From Schizochytrium sp. TIO01 (lineage: Eukaryota; Protista; Bigyra: Labyrinthulomycetes), in assembly GCA_004764695.1 (NCBI GenBank), contig SMSO01000031.1, positions 7,608,761-7,672,760 on the forward strand: a stretch of 64,000 nt of DNA, given 5' to 3'. The notes beneath the pieces are model-generated. The model had not been told where the DNA came from. It saw only the letters and a program-made list of their open reading frames with translations, and made no database searches. A program made the translations under genes and the position numbers. Below, one piece after another: positions 43,576-55,457 of the stretch. How positions within the stretch are numbered: the stretch's first letter is position 1; each line of letters starts with the position of its first letter.

Positions 43576-46500
43576 TCTTACGGATATGCTTTTGAAGGCG
43601 GATTGCTCTAGGTGCTAACTATATTATTCTTGAAGCACAAGTGATTGGAGAAAGTAGGGATATTGCCTATATGTGAACCTGCTTTGCGTCTGCAGAAATG
43701 TATTGCACTAGGTTCAAAAGCTTCTGGTGAAATAATCACAAGATGCGGCGCCAAATCAGTAATTCTGACGTAGACAAATTTGAGCAGACCAAGTCAAATA
43801 AGCACAGATCAATCTCACAAGCACACACACACAAAAACTATGCTGATGTCAAAAGCAGCACTGCAATGATCAGGTAAATCGATCGATGCGTAGAAGGTGC
43901 CTCCTGGCAACGACTTCAACTCGTCGCAGAGCTGACTTGAGATAGAAAGAACGTAACTAGGTAAATAAGGGGGACGATTTGGGCGTGAGTTGCTTTGAGT
44001 TCAATTTGTGCGGACCTCGATGAGTCTAAGCTTGCGCGCGGTCGCTCAGCGTGTTCGGCAGGCAAGATCGCCAGAACGGAGATCTGCCGCGCCTCCACGT
44101 CCTCTCCAGAGCAGAACCGATCCCGAGAAGCGCCGCTGCCGCGCTAGCGATCGCGAGAGGCTGGTTTAGCGCGCTTTGATTTTGATTTTTACTCTCTTTC
44201 TTTTCAGCCTTTTCTCTCTTTTTTTTAACATCACATATTATGCAACAACAACTTGAACAATAACTATAATAACAAAACTTACTTCTACTACTGCGAATAA
44301 TGAGAATGATAGCACCAGGATCACTATTGCCCACCTATCATAAACGCTAATACAATCTATCAACAACAATATCACTCAAAAGAGAAACTTTCAAGCAGAA
44401 AGCAACAAGAAAAGAAGAAAATAGTAACAACAAACAATAAATTGGTATATAAAAAGTTTTTAGAGCTCTTTCTTTCTGGCCAATCGTACGTATTCAAGTT
44501 CATCTCCACTACTGTAGTTTTGGAAAGGAATGGCTTGCCTACGGTGATCCCCAATCTAGCCTTAAGAGAAATTAAGTTGTCTAGCCGAATACAATGCTTT
44601 GCGTGGTTAACACACGAAAGTTTTGCTTGCCTGCTACACTTCTGAGAGAGGAGGCCATTCTTTGCCTTAGTTTATTTGCTTTTGTTATCTCACCCATTTC
44701 TTCTTCTTCCTCACAAAATCCGAGTTATAAATGAAAAACTGTTTGCTTTTCCATAGTATATGTAATCTTTATAAAGTTTTCCTTCATTATTTATCTCTCG
44801 CCTGTGGAAAAAGGGGGCTCGGCAATTCGGGAAAACACCCTGGTGGCTTCAACGTCCCGCTAGAAGTTTTAAGAAGCCCCCCAATTGGTGAAAGATTCTA
44901 TGAGCGCGGCGGTGTATATAAAGAGTCTATGAAACATAGATAGTCCGGTGTAAAGAGAGAAATGGTTTTTTTTTTAATCAATCAATTTTTACCTTTCTTT
45001 CTTTCCTTTTTTAATTGATGATAATCGAAGAAAATGGTTTTCCTTTTTGAGAAGTTGGATTCCATTCCATTAGGTGAGCTCATGGTGGATTTTGGATACG
45101 TCCAGAAATTGTGCAAAGAACTTGCGAGAAACAAGGGAACGGAGTCGGGGGGCGGGTGATCTGCGTTCTGATGTCTGGACGGCGGTGTTTCATTGAGTCA
45201 GAGTGCGAAAGAATGAATGATTTGTTGAGCTGAGTTCCTGTCAAAAATCGCATTTACACTGCTTGCTCGCTGGAACTGGGCAATATAATATGCAATTGCA
45301 ATATAAATGAGTATCAACCAATTTGCGAAAATGGACGTGGCAAAGTTTCAATGGTTGACCCTTGTTGTACAAGTCCAAAATCGTCTCATGAATATGGTCG
45401 TCGGTCTGGTTCATTCTAGAGTCCAGCGAAATATTTGCAACCCGACCTAAGTCTAGCATTCATCTGCAACGAATGAACAAGCAAACTCGTCAGCTGCACG
45501 AAGATACAGAATGGTTGATTGACTAGCCGACCGAAGACGAATTTATCGTCGTTCCAACTGGAGATTACATTGCCATGACACCGATGCACATTCTTTCTTC
45601 ATTTTTTAACCTTGATGGGAAAAGTAGCAGTAAACAGAATTGCATACATTATTTTATGCTACAATAAAAGGTTATTAGGTGTACGAGCAAAGGGTTTCAG
45701 GTTGTCCGTGCACTTCAGAACAGCGATTCGTCATTCAGCAGATGCGGCCAGCCTTCACGACGAGGCAGCAGCCAGCCCCCAGGTGATCGGAGAAAGGATC
45801 TCCAATAGTTGCTCGGGAAGTTTAGGTGTAATGCTCTCCTTCTCATACGGCTTAACTTGCGTAACGCCTTGCATTTCCAGCCTTCTTCATAGGTGCTATT
45901 TTTAAGGCCTTGACAGATCTACTTTGGCTTGTTCTAGGCTGGTGTGAGAAGCAAACTCTCTGAAGAGGTTTGTTTATGTTAGCTTGTGGCCCCATTTGTT
46001 TTCGTGCCGAAGACTAGGAGGGTTGGATTTGCTTTACAGGGGTGGTAAACTCACAAGACAATAGAACGTAATCAATTGGCTCTCCCTTTTTCTTCCCCTC
46101 GCACGGTTCTGCGTGAATCTGCTGCTCCTCAAAAGTCGCCAATCAGATTGTCGATCTCCACAATGTGTCGCGTATGATTCCATAAACCCATCAGGGGTTT
46201 ACAACAACGGCGACGGCGATGACGATGATAAAGGCGACAGTGACAAAGATCATAATGATGATAGTAGTGGTGATGGCATGCCGGTGCTGGTGCTGGCTGG
46301 TTGGTTGGTGGAAATTACCCCTCCTTGGAAAATCACAATCTAAGTCCTGAAAATTAATCGTAATCGTGGGTACCGGTACTCTCAGGGTTGCCTAGTGGCC
46401 AGTAGATAAGTGCTAGAAGGAGGGCATGTTACTGTTACGCCAAGTTTGGCTGGGAAACGTAGGTGCGAAAAGCGCGGGTTCGAGATGGCGCGAAAGGAGA

Positions 46501-48750
46501 AGACAAAAGGATGTGGAGAGATGGAGAGTAATGAGTGCAAGGGAGGGTCAGCAGGGAAGAAACTGTTTCATAACAATCTGAGAGGACTGCAATGAATTCT
46601 GGAAGCAGCGAAGCACAAGAGGCGGAGAATGGTTTCTTTCTTTCTATGGGCAACTGATGATGTAAGAACTAAAAGAAAGGAACTCAGAAACTTGAGTGGC
46701 GCGATGGGCGCAGCAGTGCAGTAGCAGAAGAAGGTTCGGAGAGCTGGACATTTGAGAATTAACTATCGACACACGATATTTCAACAATCTTTTCAGAAGA
46801 ATAAATGAAAGTCTGCAGGAAGCAGCGGGTCTTGAAGGGAAGGGTTTTTAACATTAAAAAGGAAAGCTTCCTTGAAAGACCGGCTGAAGTGCGCGCTGAG
46901 GAGAAACGAGTTGCAAGTGCAATTGGAATCCATTATCAGCGAAGTGGAGGTTCGCCTACTTTATTGATACCTCTTATTCATTTATTGGGGTGGCTGCCTC
47001 ATTTACTTATATACCAAAACAAACAAACAAAATGGTATTGCTAGGTGGTAGCAGTACCACAGTGCATAATAGAGTCTAAAATTGTAACACAGCACATCTG
47101 AAATTGATAATGTCGTCTCGCTGGCTTTGTGCTAGCGCGACAGGGAAGTGCGAAAGACGGCGTTCAACCTAACACGTTCAAGATCATAATATAGAGACCT
47201 GGAGGCGGTATGGTATCCGGATGCTGCCAACAGTGAACAGGCATCTGGCGCTTGTCCAGGTAGCCCCGAATATTGAAAAAAAGAGCTAAAAGATGCAATA
47301 AAACCTGCTTCCCCTTTGCTAAAGGACTCTGTCTCGGTAGATCAAAATTTTCTGTCGTGAGGAAACTCTGCCCCTCTGGCAAAGTTATGGATTGTCCTTT
47401 GAGTTTCATGTGTTGACCTTACCTGTGGCTTACTGATAGCCTAGGTCCTGAGGAATCCACCAACATTGGAAATTAGTACCGCCTACTTTTTACTTCAATA
47501 ATTTCGTACTCTTAATCCAATGAAGCTTTTGATGATCACCATTGCCTCTGCAAAGAACCCCACAAGCCTTTGACTCACGATACATTGCCCCCGAATCCAT
47601 TTTGAATTCGATTTTGAACAATTGTCGAGAGAAACAAAACTGCACTTGCGAAATATAATTATATTATAAATACCTAAAGACTTATCCGGTAATCTAAAGC
47701 CAACTCTTTGCTTTCCAATAAACTATAGCACAATGCGGAAATTTAGTCCTGCTAAAAAGGTATCGAAAATTGACTCTTATACCACCACATTCCTTGTCGA
47801 ACATTAAAACTCCATCACCGCATCATTATACGACAAAGCCCATGTGTCCTATATTGATTTTTAGAAGCCATTTTTAGCATGTTTCGTCCAAGTATACTTG
47901 ATACATATATGTGCGCTCTATGTTATGTCTAAGCAGTGAGGCCGGCAATTGTTTGGAACAGCCATTTATTTGGTGCCGCAAGTTTAGCATGGTAATAATA
48001 GCCTTGCTGTGCTATAGTCAGAGTTTTACATAAATAGATTCTAGCTTCGTATAATCTATACTGGCCAATTCTACGCAGATGAGAACAACCTCAACATGAT
48101 ACAACCGAAAGGGAACCTTTTGCTTAAGAAGGAAGACGACCCCTAGGCATTCTCAGCATGATGCTCAATTGTTCGATTCTAAACAGGTTACTTTCACTTC
48201 TGAATAGTTTGAGTTGTTGACACCTATGCTATTGAGAAACCCAAGGGTTGTCACATCGTGTTAAAGACTACTTTCGCACAAGCAATACTTTTGTAGAATC
48301 TAGCAAAGCGAGTATTGAGCTTTCTCAGCACCTATATTTTTCCTTTCGTTCATTTCACCTTTTTGTTCATCAAGTATCTTAGAGCTGCCACTTAACGTTA
48401 TGAATCTCTTTAATTCCACATCTACGACCTAAGTTCATAGGTGGGTTAGACTATTTTCCTGGAACATTCTTGTATTTCATTTTTCTAATTTCATTGCAAC
48501 TGGCACTTTGTAGCCGCTTCTCGTGGTTCTCCTTTTCACAGTTTCGCCTTGGAGTGAGATGCCAATTTTAGTCGCCCTTTTTCTTTTCTTTTTTTGCGTA
48601 GTATAGCCTATAGACAACGCTTTTATATCAATACTTGATGAATATTATTTATTTATTTTAAAGAAAAAAAGATAGGATGCAAAACGTTGGTAAAGAAATG
48701 AACAGAATAAGCAACTGTCAAACACCAACAGGTTGCGCCGAGCCTCAGAG

Positions 48751-51700
48751 ATGCTGCCCCCAAGAGGGATTGGGCACAAAAGATGGGTAGCTTCCACGCT
48801 ATTTTTTTCATTTATTACACTTGTGGAGCTGGTGTTCGGCGTGAGGGGAGATTCTGGCAATTTGTCAACCAGGAATGATGACACCCAATTGGCCATCGAC
48901 ACAGCACATAAAGATTATCAAGCGTACTTGCTCTACAATGAGTGCGTTACTGCAGATAACCAACGCCAGGTTGAGCTCGCAGAGCAATGCTACATGGAGG
49001 CTCTCAAGCTAAAGCCAGACTTGCTAGAGGCTATGAATAATCTAGCAGGGTTGTATCGAAGGGAATCATCTTATGGCAACGCACAGAGGCTATATGAAGA
49101 AGTTTTACGAGTCGCTACAGATCAAGGTAACCTGCGTCTTAAAATTGCATCGAAAAATAACCTCGGATTGTTGGCTCTTCAAAGATCAACGGGTGGAAAA
49201 GAGAACATCCTTAATGACCCCAACACTGTTCGTGAGGTTACTATCCCATACTATCTTTCAGCTATCGAAGACGATCCTACATTCATTGATGCGATTTACA
49301 ACCTTGGTAATGCCTATTCAATTTTAGGGGAGCCAGCATCGGCGTACGACCAATACATGAGGGTTTTGGAACTGGATCCACACCATATATCAGCTAACAT
49401 GAACGTCGGCAACATTTTCATTAGACTCAACCGTTTCTCTCAGGCAGCTGCTTACCATGAGCGTGCTGCAAATGCTGCAAATGCATTAGGTGCGTCAGCT
49501 CAGCTGCAAACCGATACGCTCAATAACTTAGGACAAACCCTACGTGAAATGGGTGACTTATATGGCGCAATCGCTGCTCATGAGAAAGCATTGCAGCTCA
49601 TCCCAACCGCCAGTGACGCTTTATTATTCACCATAGTTGCGAAGCGAGCTCTTTGTCAATGGCAAAACTGGGATAAACTTCACGTTAGTCTTACCGAACT
49701 ATGGACACAGCAGTTGACCCCGCAGAGTACCCCATATGATTCACTCTTATTTCCACCTCATCTCTTGCGGGGAGCTGTGACGCCAGCAAAGATTTCTCGT
49801 GCGTTTGTGGTAACAGCGACCGATGTAACTCGCTCTAAGGAAAACAGTGCGGCAAAAGGGTCTATAGTAAGACAAATCAAACAGAAAAGTTTTCCTCTCA
49901 ACCTGGGCTATGTTTCTTACGATATGGATAACCATCCGATGGCTTTTCTAATGCATGGTTTGTACAAAAATCACAACAGATCACAATTTGGCGTTTTTGT
50001 GTTTATGTACGGTCCTCGTAAAAACAGTTGGCAAAGAACTCGTTTAGTTGAAGCTGTGGACACTTTTTATGATGTGTCGGCAGCCGCAACAGATGCGTTT
50101 GTTAATGCAATGCAAGAAAGCAACATCAACATTTGTGTTGATCTGATGGGCCACACAAGAGGTGCTAAGCCTGAAATAATGAGTCTAGCAGGCCCAGCGT
50201 TATATGTGAACTTTCTCGGATATCCTGGAACCAGTGGATTCCGTGACGAAAACACATTTATTATCGTCGATCGACATGTCCTGCCTCTCGAAAACATCGT
50301 TGCAGAAATTACAGAGCGGCCTATATACCTGCCAAGCACATATCAAGCAAACGACTATAACTCTACAAATGCATTGTGTCAATCGTTTTTGGAAAGTGAA
50401 AGGTCTTACCTTGCTTGCCGTGATGCGGGGGATGTTGACGCGCAGCTCGAATCCTTAAATGACACAGAAAACATTCAGCAGAAGATATTCCGATTTGCAA
50501 ACTTCAACTCCTTACACAAGCTGGAACCTGCAAGTTTTGATGTTTGGATGCGAATTTTACAGCGGGTACCACGAAGCGTGATGCTGTTTGTTGAACATGG
50601 TGATCTACCAGAACAAAATACTACAGCCAGCCTTCGAGCAGAGGCTGCTGCGCGAGGTGTTTCTCAAGATCGCCTCGTCTTCTTGTCGCGGGCGGGTAAA
50701 AACAAGCACTTAGATCGAATTAAAAAGGTGGACCTTTTTCTTGATTCACTGGTGTATGGTGCACATTCAACAGCCAGTGATGTGCTATGGGCAGGCGTTC
50801 CTCTTTTAACTATTCGTGGTAGAATCTTTCCTGGGCGCGTTGCGACTAGTCTGTTGGAATCCTTGGGGATCGCTGATGCTCTCTCTGTTTACTCGGTCAA
50901 AGAGTTCGAAGATACCGCCGTAGAACTTGCCACTCACCCCTACCGTCTTGCTGCTGTTCGCATGCGGCTTTCGCGCGCTCTCGTGGAGAAAGATACATAT
51001 GACCCTATCATCTATACACAAAATTTTGAGAATGGTATTCGTGCTGCAGTGGATGAAAGCTGGGAAGGACGTGAAGCAGGCGCAATTTTTATCTTGCAGC
51101 AAAACCTTAACGTTGAAGGTACAGTCAGAAATAAGCTTCTGGGAGATAAAATTTTAGAGCTCATAAATCAAGGGAGAGAATTACACTATTCAAACCCTAA
51201 GCAAGCTGCTAACCTCTACCGTCGGGCACTGGGAGCTAGCACACAATCAGTGCATCTAGACAAAGCAATAGAAGCTCTTCATCTGTTAGGCCTATCAGAA
51301 GGTAAACCTATATATATTCACAGGGCTGTAAATCTAGCAAGAAAGTTGGGTCTGAAGGGAGCTTTCTATTTCAAGAATCTGGCCCACTTCGTGCGTGGAC
51401 AAGGGAACGTTGATCTCGCTAGAGCTTATTTTCGAGAGGCGCTTGACCTTTGCATTGAGGAGAACAACTCTCTTGAAGAATTTACTTCTATTTTTTCTGC
51501 AGCGGTGCACCTCTCGTTCTTGGCTTCTCCCCAAAAAATGACTGGTGATGCATTTCTTCTCATGGAACGTATTGAAACTATTTTTCAACGTTTGCCCCCA
51601 CAAGTCGTCTCTGAAGCCCTATTTTCGCATCTAGACACAATGGCGCATGCCCTATCTATGAACTCCACGGAGGGTTCTTATGTTGCAAGTTATATTCTGA

Positions 51701-53025
51701 GACGCTCTGCAGAAATATTTCCAGTAGAAAGCGAACAGCGTGCCTTAAGGCTTTACCTTGCGGCTACCTTGCTTCCTCAAAATGAACTGCCTCATGAGGC
51801 TCTCGCAATGTACACAAGTGCTCTCAAAGCTCACCATGCTGCAAGATTTAAACCTCGAATGGAACATCGAGCTCCGAAATCACAACGCCCACGTGTTGTA
51901 TTCTATTGTGATGAATACTCGCAAACATGGTGGCCAAACTGGGGTCCACGATCACCTGAAAATGGAGTTGGTGGATCCGAAGAAGCTGTAATTTTCCTGG
52001 CTCGCGAACTTGCAGGCTTAGGAAACGTCGTCGAAATCTATACAGATCCTTTGGAAGAAGATATGGGCCGGGAGCCACATGCTGATGTGTATTGGCTACC
52101 TTACTCGGCATATGATGTAAGTGACCCGCCTGATGTCTTTGTTTCTTGGCGATACCACTTCTCTGCTGCTCTTGGGGAGTCCGCTCCAGTACGTTTATTG
52201 TGGCTCCATGACATGGTCACATCAGTTGGAAAACAGATTGCGTTGCAGGTGCAACGAGGCATTATACACTCTGTTCTTATGGGCAGCCGCTTTCACATCT
52301 CAGCAATGCCCCCTGAGGTTCAAGCTGCATCATTCATGTTAGGGTTAGGTCTTCAAAATAAGTACTTTGTGGATGGTGTCAACAATAATTTAGACTTTAT
52401 CTACGCGTCTGCTCCAAATCGCGGCCTTGAAGAGCTGCTGCGAATTTGGCCTCAAATATATGACGCAAATCCCCAAGTGCGACTTTTTATTTATTATGGA
52501 TTTTCTGAATCCTTCATGAAATGGGGAAATCAAACAATGCCTGATTTTGAATCTTGGATAAACCACATTAATGGGACCATCACAAACCTGGCCACAAAAG
52601 GTGTGACTTACGTTGGGATGGTTTCACATCAAGAATTAGCTCTTGCGTACGCTCGTGCTGGATTCAGCCTCTATCCGACCTCTTATTCTGAAACTGCGTG
52701 TGTTTCTTTGATGAAGTCCATGGCCATGGGTGCAATCCCGATTACAAGCCGATTCGTCAATTCATCACTTCCAGAGTTAACTAAGTTATGGGACCTTGGT
52801 CCTCCTGTGCGCGAAATCTATTCGAAACCAATAAGTAAAGATACAAGGTTTCTGCAAGAGTATTCAGACAGTATCATTGCTGCTATATCCCAGCCTAGAC
52901 ATGTTCTTGCTGATCATCGTGCAAAAATGAAGGAGTGGGCTCGCAAAGAATTGATCTGGCCTGCAATTGCGGATCGTTTCGTCAATCATGTCCAGTTACT
53001 CAAGACGAAATTCATAAATTCCTAA
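48751..53025 (+). CDS. Signal peptide, TPRs, GT41 (OGT-like) domain, TPR-like helices, second GT-B (GT4-like) glycosyltransferase domain
   Basis: ATG at 48751; hydrophobic STLFFSFITLVELVFGVRG; TPRs. GT41 motifs GYVSYDMDNHP, VDLMGHT, FLGYPGTSG, FANFNSLHKL, DLFLDSLVYGAHSTASDVLWAGVP. C-terminal GVGGSEEAVIFLARELA, LWLHD, YASAPNRGL, LYPTSYSETACVSLMKSMAMGAIPI. Confidence 0.92.
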   Translation: MLPPRGIGHKRWVASTLFFSFITLVELVFGVRGDSGNLSTRNDDTQLAIDTAHKDYQAYLLYNECVTADNQRQVELAEQCYMEALKLKPDLLEAMNNLAGLYRRESSYGNAQRLYEEVLRVATDQGNLRLKIASKNNLGLLALQRSTGGKENILNDPNTVREVTIPYYLSAIEDDPTFIDAIYNLGNAYSILGEPASAYDQYMRVLELDPHHISANMNVGNIFIRLNRFSQAAAYHERAANAANALGASAQLQTDTLNNLGQTLREMGDLYGAIAAHEKALQLIPTASDALLFTIVAKRALCQWQNWDKLHVSLTELWTQQLTPQSTPYDSLLFPPHLLRGAVTPAKISRAFVVTATDVTRSKENSAAKGSIVRQIKQKSFPLNLGYVSYDMDNHPMAFLMHGLYKNHNRSQFGVFVFMYGPRKNSWQRTRLVEAVDTFYDVSAAATDAFVNAMQESNINICVDLMGHTRGAKPEIMSLAGPALYVNFLGYPGTSGFRDENTFIIVDRHVLPLENIVAEITERPIYLPSTYQANDYNSTNALCQSFLESERSYLACRDAGDVDAQLESLNDTENIQQKIFRFANFNSLHKLEPASFDVWMRILQRVPRSVMLFVEHGDLPEQNTTASLRAEAAARGVSQDRLVFLSRAGKNKHLDRIKKVDLFLDSLVYGAHSTASDVLWAGVPLLTIRGRIFPGRVATSLLESLGIADALSVYSVKEFEDTAVELATHPYRLAAVRMRLSRALVEKDTYDPIIYTQNFENGIRAAVDESWEGREAGAIFILQQNLNVEGTVRNKLLGDKILELINQGRELHYSNPKQAANLYRRALGASTQSVHLDKAIEALHLLGLSEGKPIYIHRAVNLARKLGLKGAFYFKNLAHFVRGQGNVDLARAYFREALDLCIEENNSLEEFTSIFSAAVHLSFLASPQKMTGDAFLLMERIETIFQRLPPQVVSEALFSHLDTMAHALSMNSTEGSYVASYILRRSAEIFPVESEQRALRLYLAATLLPQNELPHEALAMYTSALKAHHAARFKPRMEHRAPKSQRPRVVFYCDEYSQTWWPNWGPRSPENGVGGSEEAVIFLARELAGLGNVVEIYTDPLEEDMGREPHADVYWLPYSAYDVSDPPDVFVSWRYHFSAALGESAPVRLLWLHDMVTSVGKQIALQVQRGIIHSVLMGSRFHISAMPPEVQAASFMLGLGLQNKYFVDGVNNNLDFIYASAPNRGLEELLRIWPQIYDANPQVRLFIYYGFSESFMKWGNQTMPDFESWINHINGTITNLATKGVTYVGMVSHQELALAYARAGFSLYPTSYSETACVSLMKSMAMGAIPITSRFVNSSLPELTKLWDLGPPVREIYSKPISKDTRFLQEYSDSIIAAISQPRHVLADHRAKMKEWARKELIWPAIADRFVNHVQLLKTKFINS

Positions 53026-53617
53026 CCAGTTTATCAGCCAAGCCATAGTTAAGTATGCAATTAGTATTAGTTTGGTTGATCCGAACTCAAGAAACTATCT
53101 GATCTTGAATATTGATAGAATAACCCTTGATTTATTTCTTTCCGTGCCAAAAGATGACAGGCCAGAGCTTAAGTTTTTCCTATTTTATGAAAGATCGAAA
53201 CCTCTTCACTGGGAATTTATGCGCACAAATAGTGAAAACTATATGCATTCTCATATATGAGGGATTTCCTTCTTGCTCTGCGTCTAACCACCAGTCCGAG
53301 ACCCTCCGTGATGAACGTGGTGTTCTTATCATTAGATAGAGAAATCGCTACAATATCACTTCAAGAAACGGCTGGCTCACTCGTTCGTCAATCCGAACTG
53401 GACACCAGCAGAAACTACATTGAAGGGGGGTTGACCCATTTCTACTGCAAGGTCATAGAGATATCAACATCTCTCACTGTGAAAATATAGAACAGCTTTT
53501 GTGATCGTTGAAATGCTACGATGCGTGGCAGAGAAGTATCAAATGAAATTCAAAGAAAAAAAAACAAGAACAAAACAATGAGTTCATATTAGGGCTGGAA
53601 TATTTTTGTGTTACTTT

Positions 53618-55457
53618 CTACTGCACACCGACAAGGTCATCGGTCTTCAAGAGCATTCTTGTCACTTCGGAAGCTAGCGAGATGGCGGAGGTAGTCACGA
53701 GCAAAGGCTGGTAGACATTCTCATCAGCAAGGTCTGAAATTTTACCCTCGCGCACGTTGATACCACTAGTGGTGATACCCTCAGCGTGCTGGCGGCGCAA
53801 CTCAGTGATAATCTCAATAGGGTTCAGACCGGCATTCTCAGCGAGAGTGTAGGGGATAACCTCGAGAGCGTCGGCGTAAGCCTTAACACAGAACTGCTTC
53901 TGGCCCGGAAGAGTTTTGGCATATTTTGACAGCCGGAGAGCAAGCTCGGCCTCGGGCGCGGATCCACCAACAATAAGGAACTTCTTCTTCACAAGGCAGC
54001 GAATGACACAAAAAGCATCGTGAAGGGAGCGCTCGGCCTCTCCAAGCACAAGCTTGTTAGAACCGCGGACAAGAACTGTCACAGTGTTAGCCTTGGTCTC
54101 ACAGCCAGTCACCTTGACAACGCGGCCAGAACCCAGGCTGACCTCCTCCACAAGAGACGCATTGCCGAGCTTGTCAGCAGTAAAACTGTCCGGGTGTGCA
54201 ACAGGTGTGCAGCCAGCTGTGCGAGAGATAAACTCAATGTCATTACGCTCCACATCAGTGATCACCAGGATCTTCATCTTGGCCAAGAAGTGAAGCGAGA
54301 GGTCATTGACAGCATCACGAAGGATTGACTTCTGAACAAGCAAGACATTGCAGCCGGAGTCCTTGATCTTTTTGCACAGCTTGAGGATATACTTGCGCTC
54401 CTCACGGAGAATGCGGTCCATGGCGGCATACTCGGAGACAACAACGTTGTTCTCGATATCAGTCTTGGGGGCAGAAAGGCAGACTAATAAGCGATAAATA
54501 GATCCACATGTGTCCACATGATTAAGCGGTGAAGAAGTGCGAATTCACGTGATAAGATATATGAATGGACAAAAGTGGGCAGTTAGTTCTGAGGTTCTCA
54601 CTTTATGTAACACATGGAAGGCTTAGCAAGAGAAGAGCAGCACGAACAGAACATCGGCTACTGAGGGGAAAACTGAGCATCATTGTTCAGTCTTGAGAGG
54701 GATCTCTCACTGCTCTAAAACAATCTGGAGAATAATACTTACACTGGATGAGGCCAATCTTGGCATTTTCGACACGGGAGGGCGCACCGCTCACAGAGGC
54801 GCCCTTCTTACGGAACACAAGACCATCAACAAGCTCGGTATCTTCAATGGTGCCACCGACCTGCTGGACAACACGAATGTTCTCATCAATATCCACGTTA
54901 GAGCTGGCGTTGGGGTCAATCACACGCAGGGTAGCATCCACCGCGATGGGTGCGAGCACCTGACTGTCACCAGACACAACCTTGGAGCTAAGAGAGGTGG
55001 TGGCAGCCTGGATGAGAGCCTCGCGGTCGTCGAGCTGCACAGGGCGCGAGACGGACTCGAGGATGCGCTCGGCCTCATGAGAAGCATCAAGGAAAGCCTC
55101 GGCGATGGTCGTGGGGTGAATACCCTTGGAAAGGAGATCCTGAGTGGACTTGAGAAGCGCTCCAGCAAGAACCACAACAGATGTAGTGCCGTCACCGGCC
55201 TCGATATCCTGTGACTTGGAGAGAGACTGCATCATCTTGGCAGCAGGATGAATGCACTTCATCTTGGAAAGAATCGTAGCACCATCGTTTGTAATAATGA
55301 CCTCACCATCATCACCCTGAATCATCTTATCCATACCACGGGGACCCAAGCTGGTGCGCACAGCATCAGCAACAGCCTTGGCGGCAAGAATGTTCGACTC
55401 GCGAACATCCTTTTCCTTCTCGCGTTTGCGAAGGGTCTCTGTCGAACCGTTTGCCAT
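53618..55457 (-). CDS. CCT4: T-complex protein 1 subunit delta; 2 exons (55457-54743, 54483-53618)
   Basis: [28 protein letters not shown] 259-nt GTAAGT..TAG intron (54742-54484) splices to [13 protein letters not shown], followed by the delta-type [13 protein letters not shown] and [13 protein letters not shown]. Confidence 0.97.

Noticed and set aside
43600-48700. Protein-coding genes between the endosulfine-like and OGT-like genes
   Set aside because: Only short ORFs without motifs; some splice-like signals, but no coherent reading frame found.
53618-55457. Two separate chaperonin genes
   Set aside because: A canonical intron joins them into one CCT4.
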